Shown piece after piece: positions 18,599 to 28,092 of a stretch of 58,458 bases of DNA. Numbering within the stretch: position 1 is the first letter of the stretch; each line of letters opens with the position of its first letter. The stretch is taken from contig CAZWTX010000014.1 of NCBI GenBank assembly GCA_964637135.1, forward strand, positions 1 through 58,458. Reading direction: 5' to 3'. This DNA is from an uncultured Methanospirillum sp. Its GTDB lineage: Archaea; Halobacteriota; Methanomicrobia; Methanomicrobiales; Methanospirillaceae. The notes under the pieces are model-generated. The model worked only from the letters and a program-made list of their open reading frames with translations. It was not told the DNA's origin and did not search any database. The position numbers and the translations under genes were made by a program.

Positions 18599-20368
18599 TC
18601 AGGCGGCCTTCCCCCGGAACTGGCTCATGTAGAGTGAGTGATAAAATCCGTTCTTTGCGAGCAGCTCGTCATGGGTGCCCTGTTCAATAATCCTCCCCTC
18701 GGTGATCACGAGAATGCAGTCGGCATGCCGGATCGTCGAGAGCCGGTGGGCGATGATGAACGAGGTTTTCTCGTTCTGGAGGGCAAGCAGGCCTGCCTGG
18801 ATCAGCTTTTCGGTCCGGGTATCCACGTTGCTTGTTGCCTCGTCAAGGATAAGGAGCCGTGGCCTGGCCACCATCGCCCGGGCAATCGTGAGGATCTGTC
18901 GTTGTCCCTGGGAGAGGTTGATTCCCCCGTCAACGAGGACGGTCCCGTACCCGTCCGGCTGCGAGAGGATGAACTCCTCTGCCCCTGCCTGTTTCGCGGC
19001 AGCATAACATTCTTCGTCGGTTGCTCCTTCGCGGGCATACCTGAGGTTCTCGAGAATCGTTCCTGAAAAGAGGAACGGTTCCTGAAGGACCTGGGCGATC
19101 TGGATCCGGAGACTGTCCTGCCTGATCCCATCGATACCCTCGCCGTCCACCGTAATAGAACCCGAATCGATATCATAGTACCTCGTCAGGATATTGATGA
19201 TGGTGCTTTTTCCTGCCCCCGTCGGTCCGCAGAGGCCGAATATCTGCCCGGGCAGGGCATGAAAGGAGTTGTTTTTCAACACCGTGCGTCCGGGGATATA
19301 ACTGAAGGTGACATCATCAAATCTGACATCGCCGGTTACCGGTGGCATAACAGTTGCGTCAGGACGATCTGCAACCTCTGGTTCCTCGTCGAGGATTGTA
19401 AAGACCCGTGCTGCCCCGGTCGCCGCCCCGATGAGGAGGGCATACTGGGAGAAGATCTGCGAAAGCGGGCCTGATATGCTTGATGAGAATCCGAGGAATG
19501 CCACGAGAATACCCAGGTTGATATCCCCGTGGATGACGAATGCCCCCCCGATGACCAGAAGGAGCACGGTCTGGAGGTTTGAAGTGATGGTCGATGCCGG
19601 AACCGAGGTCAGGGCAACGAACTGGGCTTTTCCTCCGGTATTGGCAAGGTTCAGCGATCGCTCTGCAAATTCTGCGGTGGTCCGTTCCTGCTGGCGGCAG
19701 GCAACCACCAGTTTCTGGCCGGTGAGGCGTTCCTCGGCATACCCGTTCAGTTCTGAAAGGAGTTCCTGTACCCGTTCGAATGCAGGGCCTGAAACCCGGG
19801 CGATCATCCCTGACAGGGCAAGAAGCGCGAATACCGCGATATACACGACGAACGTGAAGAGCGGGCTTATCCAGAGCATCACGACAGTGATCATGACAAT
19901 CGTCAGTACTGACTGGATCACCTGCTGGAAGCCGAAACTGTAAAACTGGTCGATGAGATCCGTGTCGTTGGAGACCCGGCTCATCAGTTCCCCGATCGGC
20001 TGACGGTCAAAGAAACTGAGTGACAGGCCCTGCATGTGGGAAAACAGTTCGGTTCTGAGATCGAAAAGGGTCTGCTGGGTCAGGGCAGCCAGGAGCCGGC
20101 CTGATGCATGGCCGCTCAGCCAGAGGATCACCCCGTTCAGGATGATCAGGTGGGTTGCCGTGCGAAGTGCGTCGAGCGGGGCTTTTTCGGTGATGAGATC
20201 GGTTGTATATCCCATCAGGGCCGGAAGAACCGCCATGGAGGCCGAGTACACGAGCATAAGAAACACGGCTGCTGCGAGCCGGATTCGGTACCGGCCGATA
20301 TAGCCGAGGAGGCGTTTCATTGCCCCCCAGGATGTCTGCAGATCCCGGTTTCCGTCTCCGGTGGTCAT
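18599..20368 (-). CDS. Heterodimeric ABC exporter, subunit with consensus catalytic residues (TM288-like)
   Basis: TMD followed by GPTGAGKS, LSQGQRQ, LILDEATS, IAHRL. Confidence 0.93.
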   Translation of the reverse strand: MTTGDGNRDLQTSWGAMKRLLGYIGRYRIRLAAAVFLMLVYSASMAVLPALMGYTTDLITEKAPLDALRTATHLIILNGVILWLSGHASGRLLAALTQQTLFDLRTELFSHMQGLSLSFFDRQPIGELMSRVSNDTDLIDQFYSFGFQQVIQSVLTIVMITVVMLWISPLFTFVVYIAVFALLALSGMIARVSGPAFERVQELLSELNGYAEERLTGQKLVVACRQQERTTAEFAERSLNLANTGGKAQFVALTSVPASTITSNLQTVLLLVIGGAFVIHGDINLGILVAFLGFSSSISGPLSQIFSQYALLIGAATGAARVFTILDEEPEVADRPDATVMPPVTGDVRFDDVTFSYIPGRTVLKNNSFHALPGQIFGLCGPTGAGKSTIINILTRYYDIDSGSITVDGEGIDGIRQDSLRIQIAQVLQEPFLFSGTILENLRYAREGATDEECYAAAKQAGAEEFILSQPDGYGTVLVDGGINLSQGQRQILTIARAMVARPRLLILDEATSNVDTRTEKLIQAGLLALQNEKTSFIIAHRLSTIRHADCILVITEGRIIEQGTHDELLAKNGFYHSLYMSQFRGKAA

Positions 20369-22131
20369 GCAGCACCTCCTGCCGGCCGCCCGCCGAGCTG
20401 GGAATCATAAATCTCCCGGTACAGGGTGCTGGATTGGAGGAGTTCTTCGTGGGTCCCGGTTGCTGATATCTGTCCCCGGTCAAGGAGAATGATCCGGTCG
20501 GCGGTGATGACCGAACTTATCCGCTGGGCTACGAGGAACCGGGTGATGCCACCCATCGTGGCACTGATCCCGTCCTGGATCCGCGCCTCGGTGGCAACAT
20601 CACAGGCACTTGTACTGTCGTCAAGTATCAGGATCTTCGGCCGTGTCGCGAGGGTCCGTGCGATAGAAAGCCGCTGGCGCTGTCCTCCGGAGAAGTTCGC
20701 CCCCCGCCGTGCCACCCAGGCTTCGTACGAGTCTGGTATCGCTGAGACAAATCCGTCTGTATCTGCCATCGCTGCAACACGCCGCATCTCGTCCCAGCCG
20801 ATTGCCGGGTTTCCGTACCCGATCGTCTCTCTGACCGGTCCTGAAAAGAGTACCGCTTCCTGCAGGCAGATCCCGACGAGGGACCGGAGGTCGTCGAGGG
20901 CAAACTCCCTGACATCGGTTCCGTCGATGGTAACCCGTCCGGCAGTGACATCATAGAACCGGGGGATAAGGCTCACTAGGGAGCTCTTACCGGATCCGGT
21001 CGCCCCGAGTATCCCGATTACCTCCCCTGGTTCGGCTGTCAGAGAGATCCCGGAGAGGACCTCTCCTTCAGGTTTCCCGTCAGGGCCGCGGTACCCGAAG
21101 GAGACATCCTCGAAGGTGACCCGTCCCCGTATCGCGTCCGGATCGATCCGGGCCGGTTCCCTCGGTTCTTCGATCTCGGGAACGCTCTCAAGAAGTGTAA
21201 GTATCCGGTCAAAGGATGCAGCTGCCGAGGTGATGATCGGGAGGATTATAGCGATGATGAGAAGCGGCATCATAAGGATGAGGATGTACTGTGCTGCAGA
21301 TGTCACGTCCCCGATGAGGAGGTTTCCTTCAAGAACCTCGGTCCCGCCGTTGTAGTAGATCGCGGCATAGCCTGCTATCGAGATGAAAAAGACGGTCGGC
21401 AGGAGGTATGAGAGGTAATACTGCGGCCGGAACGCAGCAGCCCTGAGTTCTTCAGCGGCGGCATTATACTTTTCTTCCTCGAACCGTTGCCTGACAAAGG
21501 CCTTGACCACCCGGATCCCGGCAAGGGTCTCCCGGAGAGTCCGGTTCACCCCGTCGATCTTCCTCTGCTTGGCAGAGAATGACGGTTCGACGATGATGAA
21601 GTATCCAACAAGGAGGGCAGTAAGGAGAACGAGGATGACGATAATGATCCAGACAAGCCCGGGCGCGAGAACAGACATGACGAGGATCGTTCCGATGAGA
21701 AGGAGTGGTGCCTGGAGGAGGTTCATCACCGACTGCTGGACAGCGGTCTTGACATTCTGGATATCGGTCGTGAGCCTGACAAGGAGATCGCTGGATCGGA
21801 ACCGGTCAATATTTCCGAAGGAAAGGGTCTGAATCTTCCTGAATGTCCTGATCCTGAGCTGGTGGGCAGCCCGCTCACTCGCCCATACCGCGATGGCAGC
21901 ATTCAATACCTGGCATATCCCGGCAAACACGGCAGCTCCGAGCATGAGCATACCGATATCAAGGGTAGTCTCAAAATCTCCTGCCATGATCCCATGATTG
22001 ATGAGATCGGCACTCAGTGCCGGGATAACCAGCATTCCTCCCGCGATCAGGACATTGAGGATCCCTGATGCGAGAAAGTACCGTTTTTGTCCTTCGTATA
22101 ATGAAACAAGACGATGTATCTTTGTCAGCAC
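20365..22131 (-). CDS. Heterodimeric ABC exporter, degenerate subunit (TM287-like)
   Basis: GATGSGKS, FSGGQRQR, LILDDSTS (catalytic E to D), VAQRI (H-switch to Q). GTG start. Confidence 0.93.
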   Translation of the reverse strand: MLTKIHRLVSLYEGQKRYFLASGILNVLIAGGMLVIPALSADLINHGIMAGDFETTLDIGMLMLGAAVFAGICQVLNAAIAVWASERAAHQLRIRTFRKIQTLSFGNIDRFRSSDLLVRLTTDIQNVKTAVQQSVMNLLQAPLLLIGTILVMSVLAPGLVWIIIVILVLLTALLVGYFIIVEPSFSAKQRKIDGVNRTLRETLAGIRVVKAFVRQRFEEEKYNAAAEELRAAAFRPQYYLSYLLPTVFFISIAGYAAIYYNGGTEVLEGNLLIGDVTSAAQYILILMMPLLIIAIILPIITSAAASFDRILTLLESVPEIEEPREPARIDPDAIRGRVTFEDVSFGYRGPDGKPEGEVLSGISLTAEPGEVIGILGATGSGKSSLVSLIPRFYDVTAGRVTIDGTDVREFALDDLRSLVGICLQEAVLFSGPVRETIGYGNPAIGWDEMRRVAAMADTDGFVSAIPDSYEAWVARRGANFSGGQRQRLSIARTLATRPKILILDDSTSACDVATEARIQDGISATMGGITRFLVAQRISSVITADRIILLDRGQISATGTHEELLQSSTLYREIYDSQLGGRPAGGAA

Positions 22132-22146
22132 GATCCCGGCCTCCTG

Positions 22147-22163
22147 CCGGACAGTCTGTCCGG
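22147..22163. promoter_or_regulatory. Perfect palindrome CCGGACAG-T-CTGTCCGG, candidate operator of the ABC exporter operon
   Basis: Lies between the minus-strand TTATA (about 22190-22194) and the GTG start at 22131. Confidence 0.45.
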
Positions 22164-22317
22164 ACTGTATCTGAGGATCAGTCCGGTGCTATAAGTACCC
22201 ACCTGTTCTCCTGCGCCGCCGGTTTCTCCCGGTCTAAAGGATATGGCTGACAGGACATCCCACCCGCTGTTACCTTATAGCCTGCCGCCAGAGATCTAAG
22301 GAATCGCTGGAATCCCC

Positions 22318-25062
22318 ATGATGGAAGAAGAGTATCAGCTTGAATACTTCCGGACCGAAGGGCTGGTCAGGAAAGTCTGTACCTCGTGTGGAAAAGCATT
22401 CTGGACGAGGGATCCTGATCGGACGGTCTGCGGGGATGCACCCTGTGAACCGTACCAGTTCATCGGCAATCCGTTATTCAGGCCGCACACCGTTGACGAG
22501 ATGCGTGAAGCGTATCTCTCGTTCTTCGAACGGCAGGGGCATACCCGGATCACCCGGTACCCGGTGGCAGCCCGCTGGCGTGACGATATCTACCTGACCA
22601 TCGCATCGATTGCTGATTTTCAACCCTTTGTGACGAGCGGCGTGGTTCCACCGCCAGCCAACCCCCTCACGATCTCCCAGCCGTGTATCCGGCTTAACGA
22701 TCTCGATTCGGTCGGCCGATCCGGCAGGCATCTCACCTGTTTCGAGATGATGGCCCACCATGCCTTCAATTCGGAAGGAAATGAGGTTTACTGGAAAGAT
22801 CAGACCGTTGAGCTCTGCGACCAGTTCCTTGCCAGTATCGGGGCAGATCTGAACCGGGTCACATACAAGGAACATCCGTGGATGGGTGGTGGAAACGCCG
22901 GCCCGAGTGTCGAGGTCCTGATGGGCGGGCTTGAGGTTGCAACCCTCGTTTTCATGTCGCTTGGCCGGAAGAAGAATGATAAACCCCCGGTATACCTCGA
23001 CGGACTTGATTATTACCCGATGAACCTGCGGATCGTGGACACCGGATATGGACTTGAACGGTTTGTCTGGGCATCCAAGGGTTCTCCGACCGTCTACGAT
23101 GCGGTGTTTCCCGAGATGGTCAGCACGGTGATGCAGGAAGCCGGGCTTGGCCACCGGCTTGATGATCCTGACTTCATCCGTATCCTCGGCGAGAATGCCA
23201 AGTTTGCCGGTCTGATGGACATATCAGGCCAGAAGATTTACGAACTGCGGCAGAAGGTAGCCGATCAGATCCACATCCCGGTTGACAAACTCGAGAAGAT
23301 GATCGCCCCGGTCGAGAGTGTCTATGCGATCGTGGATCATACCCGGTGCCTTGCCTACATGCTTGGCGACTGCGTTGTGCCCTCAAATGTCAAGGACGGA
23401 TACCTTGCCCGGCTGGTTCTCCGGCGGACCCTCCGGATGATGCGGGAACTCGGGCTTCGGGATGATCTCCTCCCCGAACTCATCGACCGGCAGATGCGAA
23501 TCATCGGTCTTCCCGGCTTTGAGCAGGATATCGATGTGGTCATGGAGATCACCGGCCGTGAGGTCGAGAAATACCAGCTCACCATGGACCGGGGAGCCCG
23601 GACGGTGGAACGCCTTGCCCAGACATACAAGAAGAAATGTGAAAAGATCCCCCTAGAAGAGATCGTAACCCTCTATGATTCACACGGGATCCCGCCTGAG
23701 ATGGTTCGTGATCTCGCCGCTGCCCAGGGAGCCGTAGTCGATCTCCCTGATGACTTTTACTCCCAGATTGCAAATATGCACTCCGAGTCAGACAAGGGAG
23801 TCGAGAAAAACCCGCTTCACGAATACCTTGAGCAGATTGCCCATATCCCCGCGACAAAACAGGTGTATTACGACCGGCCATGTTCGATGGAGTTCGAAGG
23901 GAAATGCCTGGAGATCCTGGATGGCTCCTACGTGATCCTCGACCAGACGCTCTTCTACCCAGAGGGAGGTGGACAGCCGGGAGATTCCGGTCTCTTCCTT
24001 ACACCTGACGGGACTTCAGTCAGGGTTGAGGATACCATCAAGCTCGGTGATGTCATTCTTCACAAGATCACCGGCGGGGTTGTCAGGAAAGGCGACATCA
24101 TCCGGGGAATCCTCGATGAAGATCGCCGGCTCTCCCTCATGCGGCATCATACCGCGACCCACATCCTTCTCCATGCCTGCAAGGAAGTACTCGGTGCCCA
24201 TATACACCAGGCCGGAGCCCAGAAAGGCGAATTCAGCTCGCGGATGGATCTCAGGCATTACAAGCACATCACTCCTGAGGAACTCCGGAAAATCGAGACC
24301 GTTGCGAACCGGCTTGTCATGGCAAACACGGCGACATCAATCGCCTGGGAGGACCGGACCGAAGCCGAACAGGAGTACGGATTTAATCTCTACCAGGGAG
24401 GCGTCCCCCCCGGTTCCCGGATACGGGTCGTTAAGGTGGCAGGAGATATTGAGGCCTGTGCCGGAACGCACTGTGCCCAGACCGGCGAGATCGGGACGAT
24501 CAAGATTCTCAAAGTCGAACATATTCAGGATGGTATCGAGCGTCTTGAATTTGCCGCCGGGCTGGCTGCCATCAGGCAGATTCACCGGACCGAGGAACAC
24601 CTGAACGCGGCTGCGAATGCCTTCTCTGTCCAGGCCGAAGCACTTCCCGCGACTGCCGAGCGGTTCTTTTCTGAATGGAAGGATCAGCGTAAGGAGATCG
24701 ACCGGCTATCAGCCCGGATCAGCGAGCTGGAGATTGAGAACCTGACCACCGAGACAATCAACGGGAAGGAGGTGCTCATCCGCCGGATGGATCTTCCGAT
24801 GCCTGAACTTGCGAAGGTGGCAAGCCGGATATCAGAGAAAGGAGGTATCGCTATCCTCATTGCCGGGGGAGAAACCGCCCGTGTGGTGGTCGCTTCCGGG
24901 ATAGCGGCCCTGAAGGCAGGAGAACTCATATCAGAGATCTGTATGGTCCTCGGTGGCAAGGGTGGCGGAAAACCGAACCTTGCCCAGGGAGGCGGTCCTG
25001 ATGTCGGAAAGATCGATGATGCCCTTGCAACGGGTCGGGAACTGATCACCCGGGCAGGGTAA
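22318..25062 (+). CDS. alaS: Alanine--tRNA ligase, archaeal
   Basis: N-terminal CxxC, TIASIADFQP, GRHLTCFEM, DTGYGLER, editing motifs HTATH and CAGTH, C-Ala GGKGGGK. Confidence 0.97.
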   Translation: MMEEEYQLEYFRTEGLVRKVCTSCGKAFWTRDPDRTVCGDAPCEPYQFIGNPLFRPHTVDEMREAYLSFFERQGHTRITRYPVAARWRDDIYLTIASIADFQPFVTSGVVPPPANPLTISQPCIRLNDLDSVGRSGRHLTCFEMMAHHAFNSEGNEVYWKDQTVELCDQFLASIGADLNRVTYKEHPWMGGGNAGPSVEVLMGGLEVATLVFMSLGRKKNDKPPVYLDGLDYYPMNLRIVDTGYGLERFVWASKGSPTVYDAVFPEMVSTVMQEAGLGHRLDDPDFIRILGENAKFAGLMDISGQKIYELRQKVADQIHIPVDKLEKMIAPVESVYAIVDHTRCLAYMLGDCVVPSNVKDGYLARLVLRRTLRMMRELGLRDDLLPELIDRQMRIIGLPGFEQDIDVVMEITGREVEKYQLTMDRGARTVERLAQTYKKKCEKIPLEEIVTLYDSHGIPPEMVRDLAAAQGAVVDLPDDFYSQIANMHSESDKGVEKNPLHEYLEQIAHIPATKQVYYDRPCSMEFEGKCLEILDGSYVILDQTLFYPEGGGQPGDSGLFLTPDGTSVRVEDTIKLGDVILHKITGGVVRKGDIIRGILDEDRRLSLMRHHTATHILLHACKEVLGAHIHQAGAQKGEFSSRMDLRHYKHITPEELRKIETVANRLVMANTATSIAWEDRTEAEQEYGFNLYQGGVPPGSRIRVVKVAGDIEACAGTHCAQTGEIGTIKILKVEHIQDGIERLEFAAGLAAIRQIHRTEEHLNAAANAFSVQAEALPATAERFFSEWKDQRKEIDRLSARISELEIENLTTETINGKEVLIRRMDLPMPELAKVASRISEKGGIAILIAGGETARVVVASGIAALKAGELISEICMVLGGKGGGKPNLAQGGGPDVGKIDDALATGRELITRAG

Positions 25063-25814
25063 TGACACAAACCGCCTCCCCTCCGCCATCCGTACCGGGT
25101 CCCGGCACCGAAGACCGACGGATCCGGATTCTCTCCCCTGACGATGAGGAGACCCGGCGGATCGGAAAGGCGGTCTCAAGTTCAACTGCCGGAGATATTC
25201 TCCGGTATATCGGCGAAGAAGAACGGACTGCAAGTTCTATCGCTGATGGTCTCTCCCTTCCGGTCAGCACCGTTATGTACCATCTTGATTCGCTTGAAAA
25301 AGCCGGGCTGATCGAGATCGTGAGGATGAGTTACAGCGTGAAAGGACGTGAGGTGAAGATATACCGTCTTACCCGGCAGATTCTCATCGTTACCCCTGAA
25401 AAAACCGATATTCGTGAGCAACTCCTTAAATATGCCTCCCTGTTTGTTATTCCGGCAGGAGCTTTTCTCATCGCCCTGGCAGCCGGCACGTTCTCACTCC
25501 CGACTCTCTTCCCTTCGAATGATGCCTCCTTTGCGATGATGAAAGCCTCTCTTGGAGGAGAAGGGATGGCCGGATCTCCCGGAATGCCCGCCGAGATGAT
25601 GGTGGGTTTCTCTATGGACATGGAAGAGAAGGCTCTTCCTGCGCTGGCTCCGGAGCCTGTTTTTTCCCAGGAGATGATCTCCCCGGATACGGGGATCTCG
25701 ATCATCCCCGGGATCCCCGATCTTGCCCTTGGGGTATTCATCGGCGGGGTCATCGTGATCATCAGCCTGGTGATCCTGTTCCTTGCCGGGTGGTACCGGT
25801 CCCGGACCCGGTAA
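25062..25814 (+). CDS. ArsR-like winged-HTH regulator with two C-terminal TM helices
   Basis: TASSIADGLSLPVSTVMYHLDSLEKAGLI, YSVKGREVKIY and two hydrophobic segments. TAATG coupling to alaS. Confidence 0.85.
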   Translation: MTQTASPPPSVPGPGTEDRRIRILSPDDEETRRIGKAVSSSTAGDILRYIGEEERTASSIADGLSLPVSTVMYHLDSLEKAGLIEIVRMSYSVKGREVKIYRLTRQILIVTPEKTDIREQLLKYASLFVIPAGAFLIALAAGTFSLPTLFPSNDASFAMMKASLGGEGMAGSPGMPAEMMVGFSMDMEEKALPALAPEPVFSQEMISPDTGISIIPGIPDLALGVFIGGVIVIISLVILFLAGWYRSRTR

Positions 25815-26020
25815 TCTCCCGGCAGATCCGAAAGACGGAAATTTCCCGGATTCCCGGCTCTCCTCCGGGTGTCATCCCTGGTTTTCAGAACGTATGTTCT
25901 GGGATTTCAGAGAACCGTGCCGGGAGGTCTTCTCCTCCCATCCGGATCAAAAAAGAAGGTATCTCATGTTCTCTGGTCTGCCTGGGATTCCGGATCCTGT
26001 TCCGGCATCCCGGTACTATC

Positions 26021-26866
26021 TTATTGCTGTCTTTTCAGGAAGATGATCAGTCCTGCCAGCGCAGCGGGAATCGTGGCAAAGCAGGCCGGACTTTTCGTTG
26101 GTTCAGGGGCAGGTGTTGTAGGGAGCGGGGAAACAGTCGCGGTCGGTGCAACGGTGATCTCCTTTGTCTCCGTCACTTCAGGAGCCGGAGTATCAGGAGC
26201 GGTGACGATGAAGGGGTACTCACCGATAAACCCGGTCTTGTCTGAGATACTCACCTGGTACTCTCCCGGGATTGAGACGGCGACGGTACTTGAGAAGTGG
26301 CCGTTCTGATCGGCATACCCGGTCGTGGTCAGGATCTGTTCAGGTCCATAGGTATATCCGTCAGGTCCGAAGATCCGCATGGTGATGACACCCTGGCCAA
26401 GTCCTTTCACTTCTCCGGCGACTGTCAGTGCCTGGGCAAGGGGCTGGGTTGCCGGCGAAGTGATGATGATCTCATCCGACCGGTCGATCAGCTGTACCAC
26501 GCGGCGGAGGGTTGAAGCAGAACCGAGCTGGCTCTCGACGAAGAGTTCGTTATCGTAGACGATATTATGAACCTCAACCTTGTACTGTCCCTTGTCAAGT
26601 CCCTTCGTGTCAAAAGCTACCCGGAACTCCTTGTTCTCATCGACGATCACGCCCAGTTTTGCAACCTGGTCTGACGTGTACTTTGAGTAGTACAGGGTGA
26701 GGTCAAACGAGGTATCCGTGGGAAACGAGGTTGTTCCGGTAACGATGAGCGGACTGCCGACAAAAACAGAGCCTGGTGCATCAATGGTAATAATATACGC
26801 CTGAACACCGGAGATTAGGAGCGCAAGAAGGATGCATACTCCTGCCCATCTCACTTTTCCCTGCAT
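26021..26866 (-). CDS. Cell-surface protein with signal peptide, Pro/Thr-rich linker and C-terminal membrane anchor
   Basis: VQA|Y cleavage site, beta-rich body, TAPDTPAP..PTTPAPEPTKSP linker, hydrophobic helix and KRQQ end. Confidence 0.85.
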   Translation of the reverse strand: MQGKVRWAGVCILLALLISGVQAYIITIDAPGSVFVGSPLIVTGTTSFPTDTSFDLTLYYSKYTSDQVAKLGVIVDENKEFRVAFDTKGLDKGQYKVEVHNIVYDNELFVESQLGSASTLRRVVQLIDRSDEIIITSPATQPLAQALTVAGEVKGLGQGVITMRIFGPDGYTYGPEQILTTTGYADQNGHFSSTVAVSIPGEYQVSISDKTGFIGEYPFIVTAPDTPAPEVTETKEITVAPTATVSPLPTTPAPEPTKSPACFATIPAALAGLIIFLKRQQ

Positions 26867-26931
26867 ACCAGAAGGTCGGACGGGACCCTATTATACGTAT
26901 TGATCGAAGATCGGATCCGGGGATGAACCGG

Positions 26932-27270
26932 CTACGAGCACTCGATACAATACCGTGCCGTTATCTGCCGTACAACCTCATCGCCAGCCAGTTCCCGGAT
27001 TCTTTCCTCGAGAACGGCAAAGTACTCCGGTGAGAGACAATGAAGGCTCTCCTCTCCGGAGAGCATAAGATCCACAAGGTATCCGAGGTCGTCAGGTGTA
27101 AGCCGGAATATACGCTCCCGGAAATCTTCCCGGTCACGTGCATAATGGTTCGCAACCGGGGGAAGGATAGACCGGTACATATTTCCAGACCCGGCACAGG
27201 ACTCCCCGGAGAATTCCGGTGCAAGGACGGATAGAATCGCCTTGTCCCGTTCGCCCAGCGTTCGTGGCAT
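26932..27270 (-). CDS. Hypothetical protein (about 112 aa)
   Basis: Natural-looking ORF from MPRTLGERD that fills the intergenic space. No recognised family. Confidence 0.65.
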   Translation of the reverse strand: MPRTLGERDKAILSVLAPEFSGESCAGSGNMYRSILPPVANHYARDREDFRERIFRLTPDDLGYLVDLMLSGEESLHCLSPEYFAVLEERIRELAGDEVVRQITARYCIECS

Positions 27271-27339
27271 ATGTTCAGGTACGGTTCCCGGTAAAAAACA
27301 CCTGCCGGTTTTTTTCAACTGGGAGAACAGATCACTGGT

Positions 27340-28080
27340 ATGGTTTCCATACCCTGGCAGGCCCGGTTTGGCATTGTGTTTCTCTGCTGTTCGATCATCG
27401 TTTACTCGACAAAGTTAGTTCTGATTGATAACCTTCCCGGCACGATTGAGTATATCTTCAACTCATTCGGGTTTCTTTTCATCAATGTCCTTATGGTCAC
27501 CCTCGTGATCAATGAGTTGCTGACCATCCGGGCACGGAGAAGCCGGCTCGAAAAACTGAACATGGTCATCAGCACGTTCTTCTCTGAGGTTGGTTCTGAT
27601 CTGCTCTCACGGATCATTCCTTCAGATCCCGGCCGTGAGGATCTCCATGAGGTATTTGCCCTCTCCACCGGGCAGACCCCAGCAATCCGGATGATGGAAG
27701 CTGCAGCAGATCGACATGCCTTCACCGTCAGCCCGGACGATCTCTCGTTTCCCGATCTCAGCTCTTTTCTCTCGGAAAAGCGTAATTTTCTTCTTCGTCT
27801 GCTTGAAAATCCGGTGATGCTTGAACACCAGACGTTTACCGGAATGCTCCAGGCTGCTTTTCATCTCACTGATGAACTGGCACGGCGGGGGGATCTCAGC
27901 CGACTCAGTCCGGCGGATCGGAAACATCTTGCCGGAGATGTTTCACGGGTCTATCGTTCTCTCACCGGAGAATGGATCCGGCACATGGGATACCTGCACC
28001 GTCAGTACCCGTATCTCTATTCGCTTGCGGTCAGGAGCAATCCCTTTGATCCGGGTTCCCGGGTAGAAATCGCCGGATGA
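27340..28080 (+). CDS. Hypothetical membrane protein (2 N-terminal TM plus soluble domain)
   Basis: Two hydrophobic helices, then RLEKLNMVISTFFSEVG...FLLRLLENP...YPYLYSLAVRSNPFD. Confidence 0.75.
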   Translation: MVSIPWQARFGIVFLCCSIIVYSTKLVLIDNLPGTIEYIFNSFGFLFINVLMVTLVINELLTIRARRSRLEKLNMVISTFFSEVGSDLLSRIIPSDPGREDLHEVFALSTGQTPAIRMMEAAADRHAFTVSPDDLSFPDLSSFLSEKRNFLLRLLENPVMLEHQTFTGMLQAAFHLTDELARRGDLSRLSPADRKHLAGDVSRVYRSLTGEWIRHMGYLHRQYPYLYSLAVRSNPFDPGSRVEIAG

Positions 28081-28092
28081 CTGAAAAAGAGG

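Noticed and set aside
20365..22131. Degenerate Walker B and H-switch in an ABC subunit as a sign of decay
   Set aside because: Expected asymmetry of TM287/288-type heterodimeric exporters.
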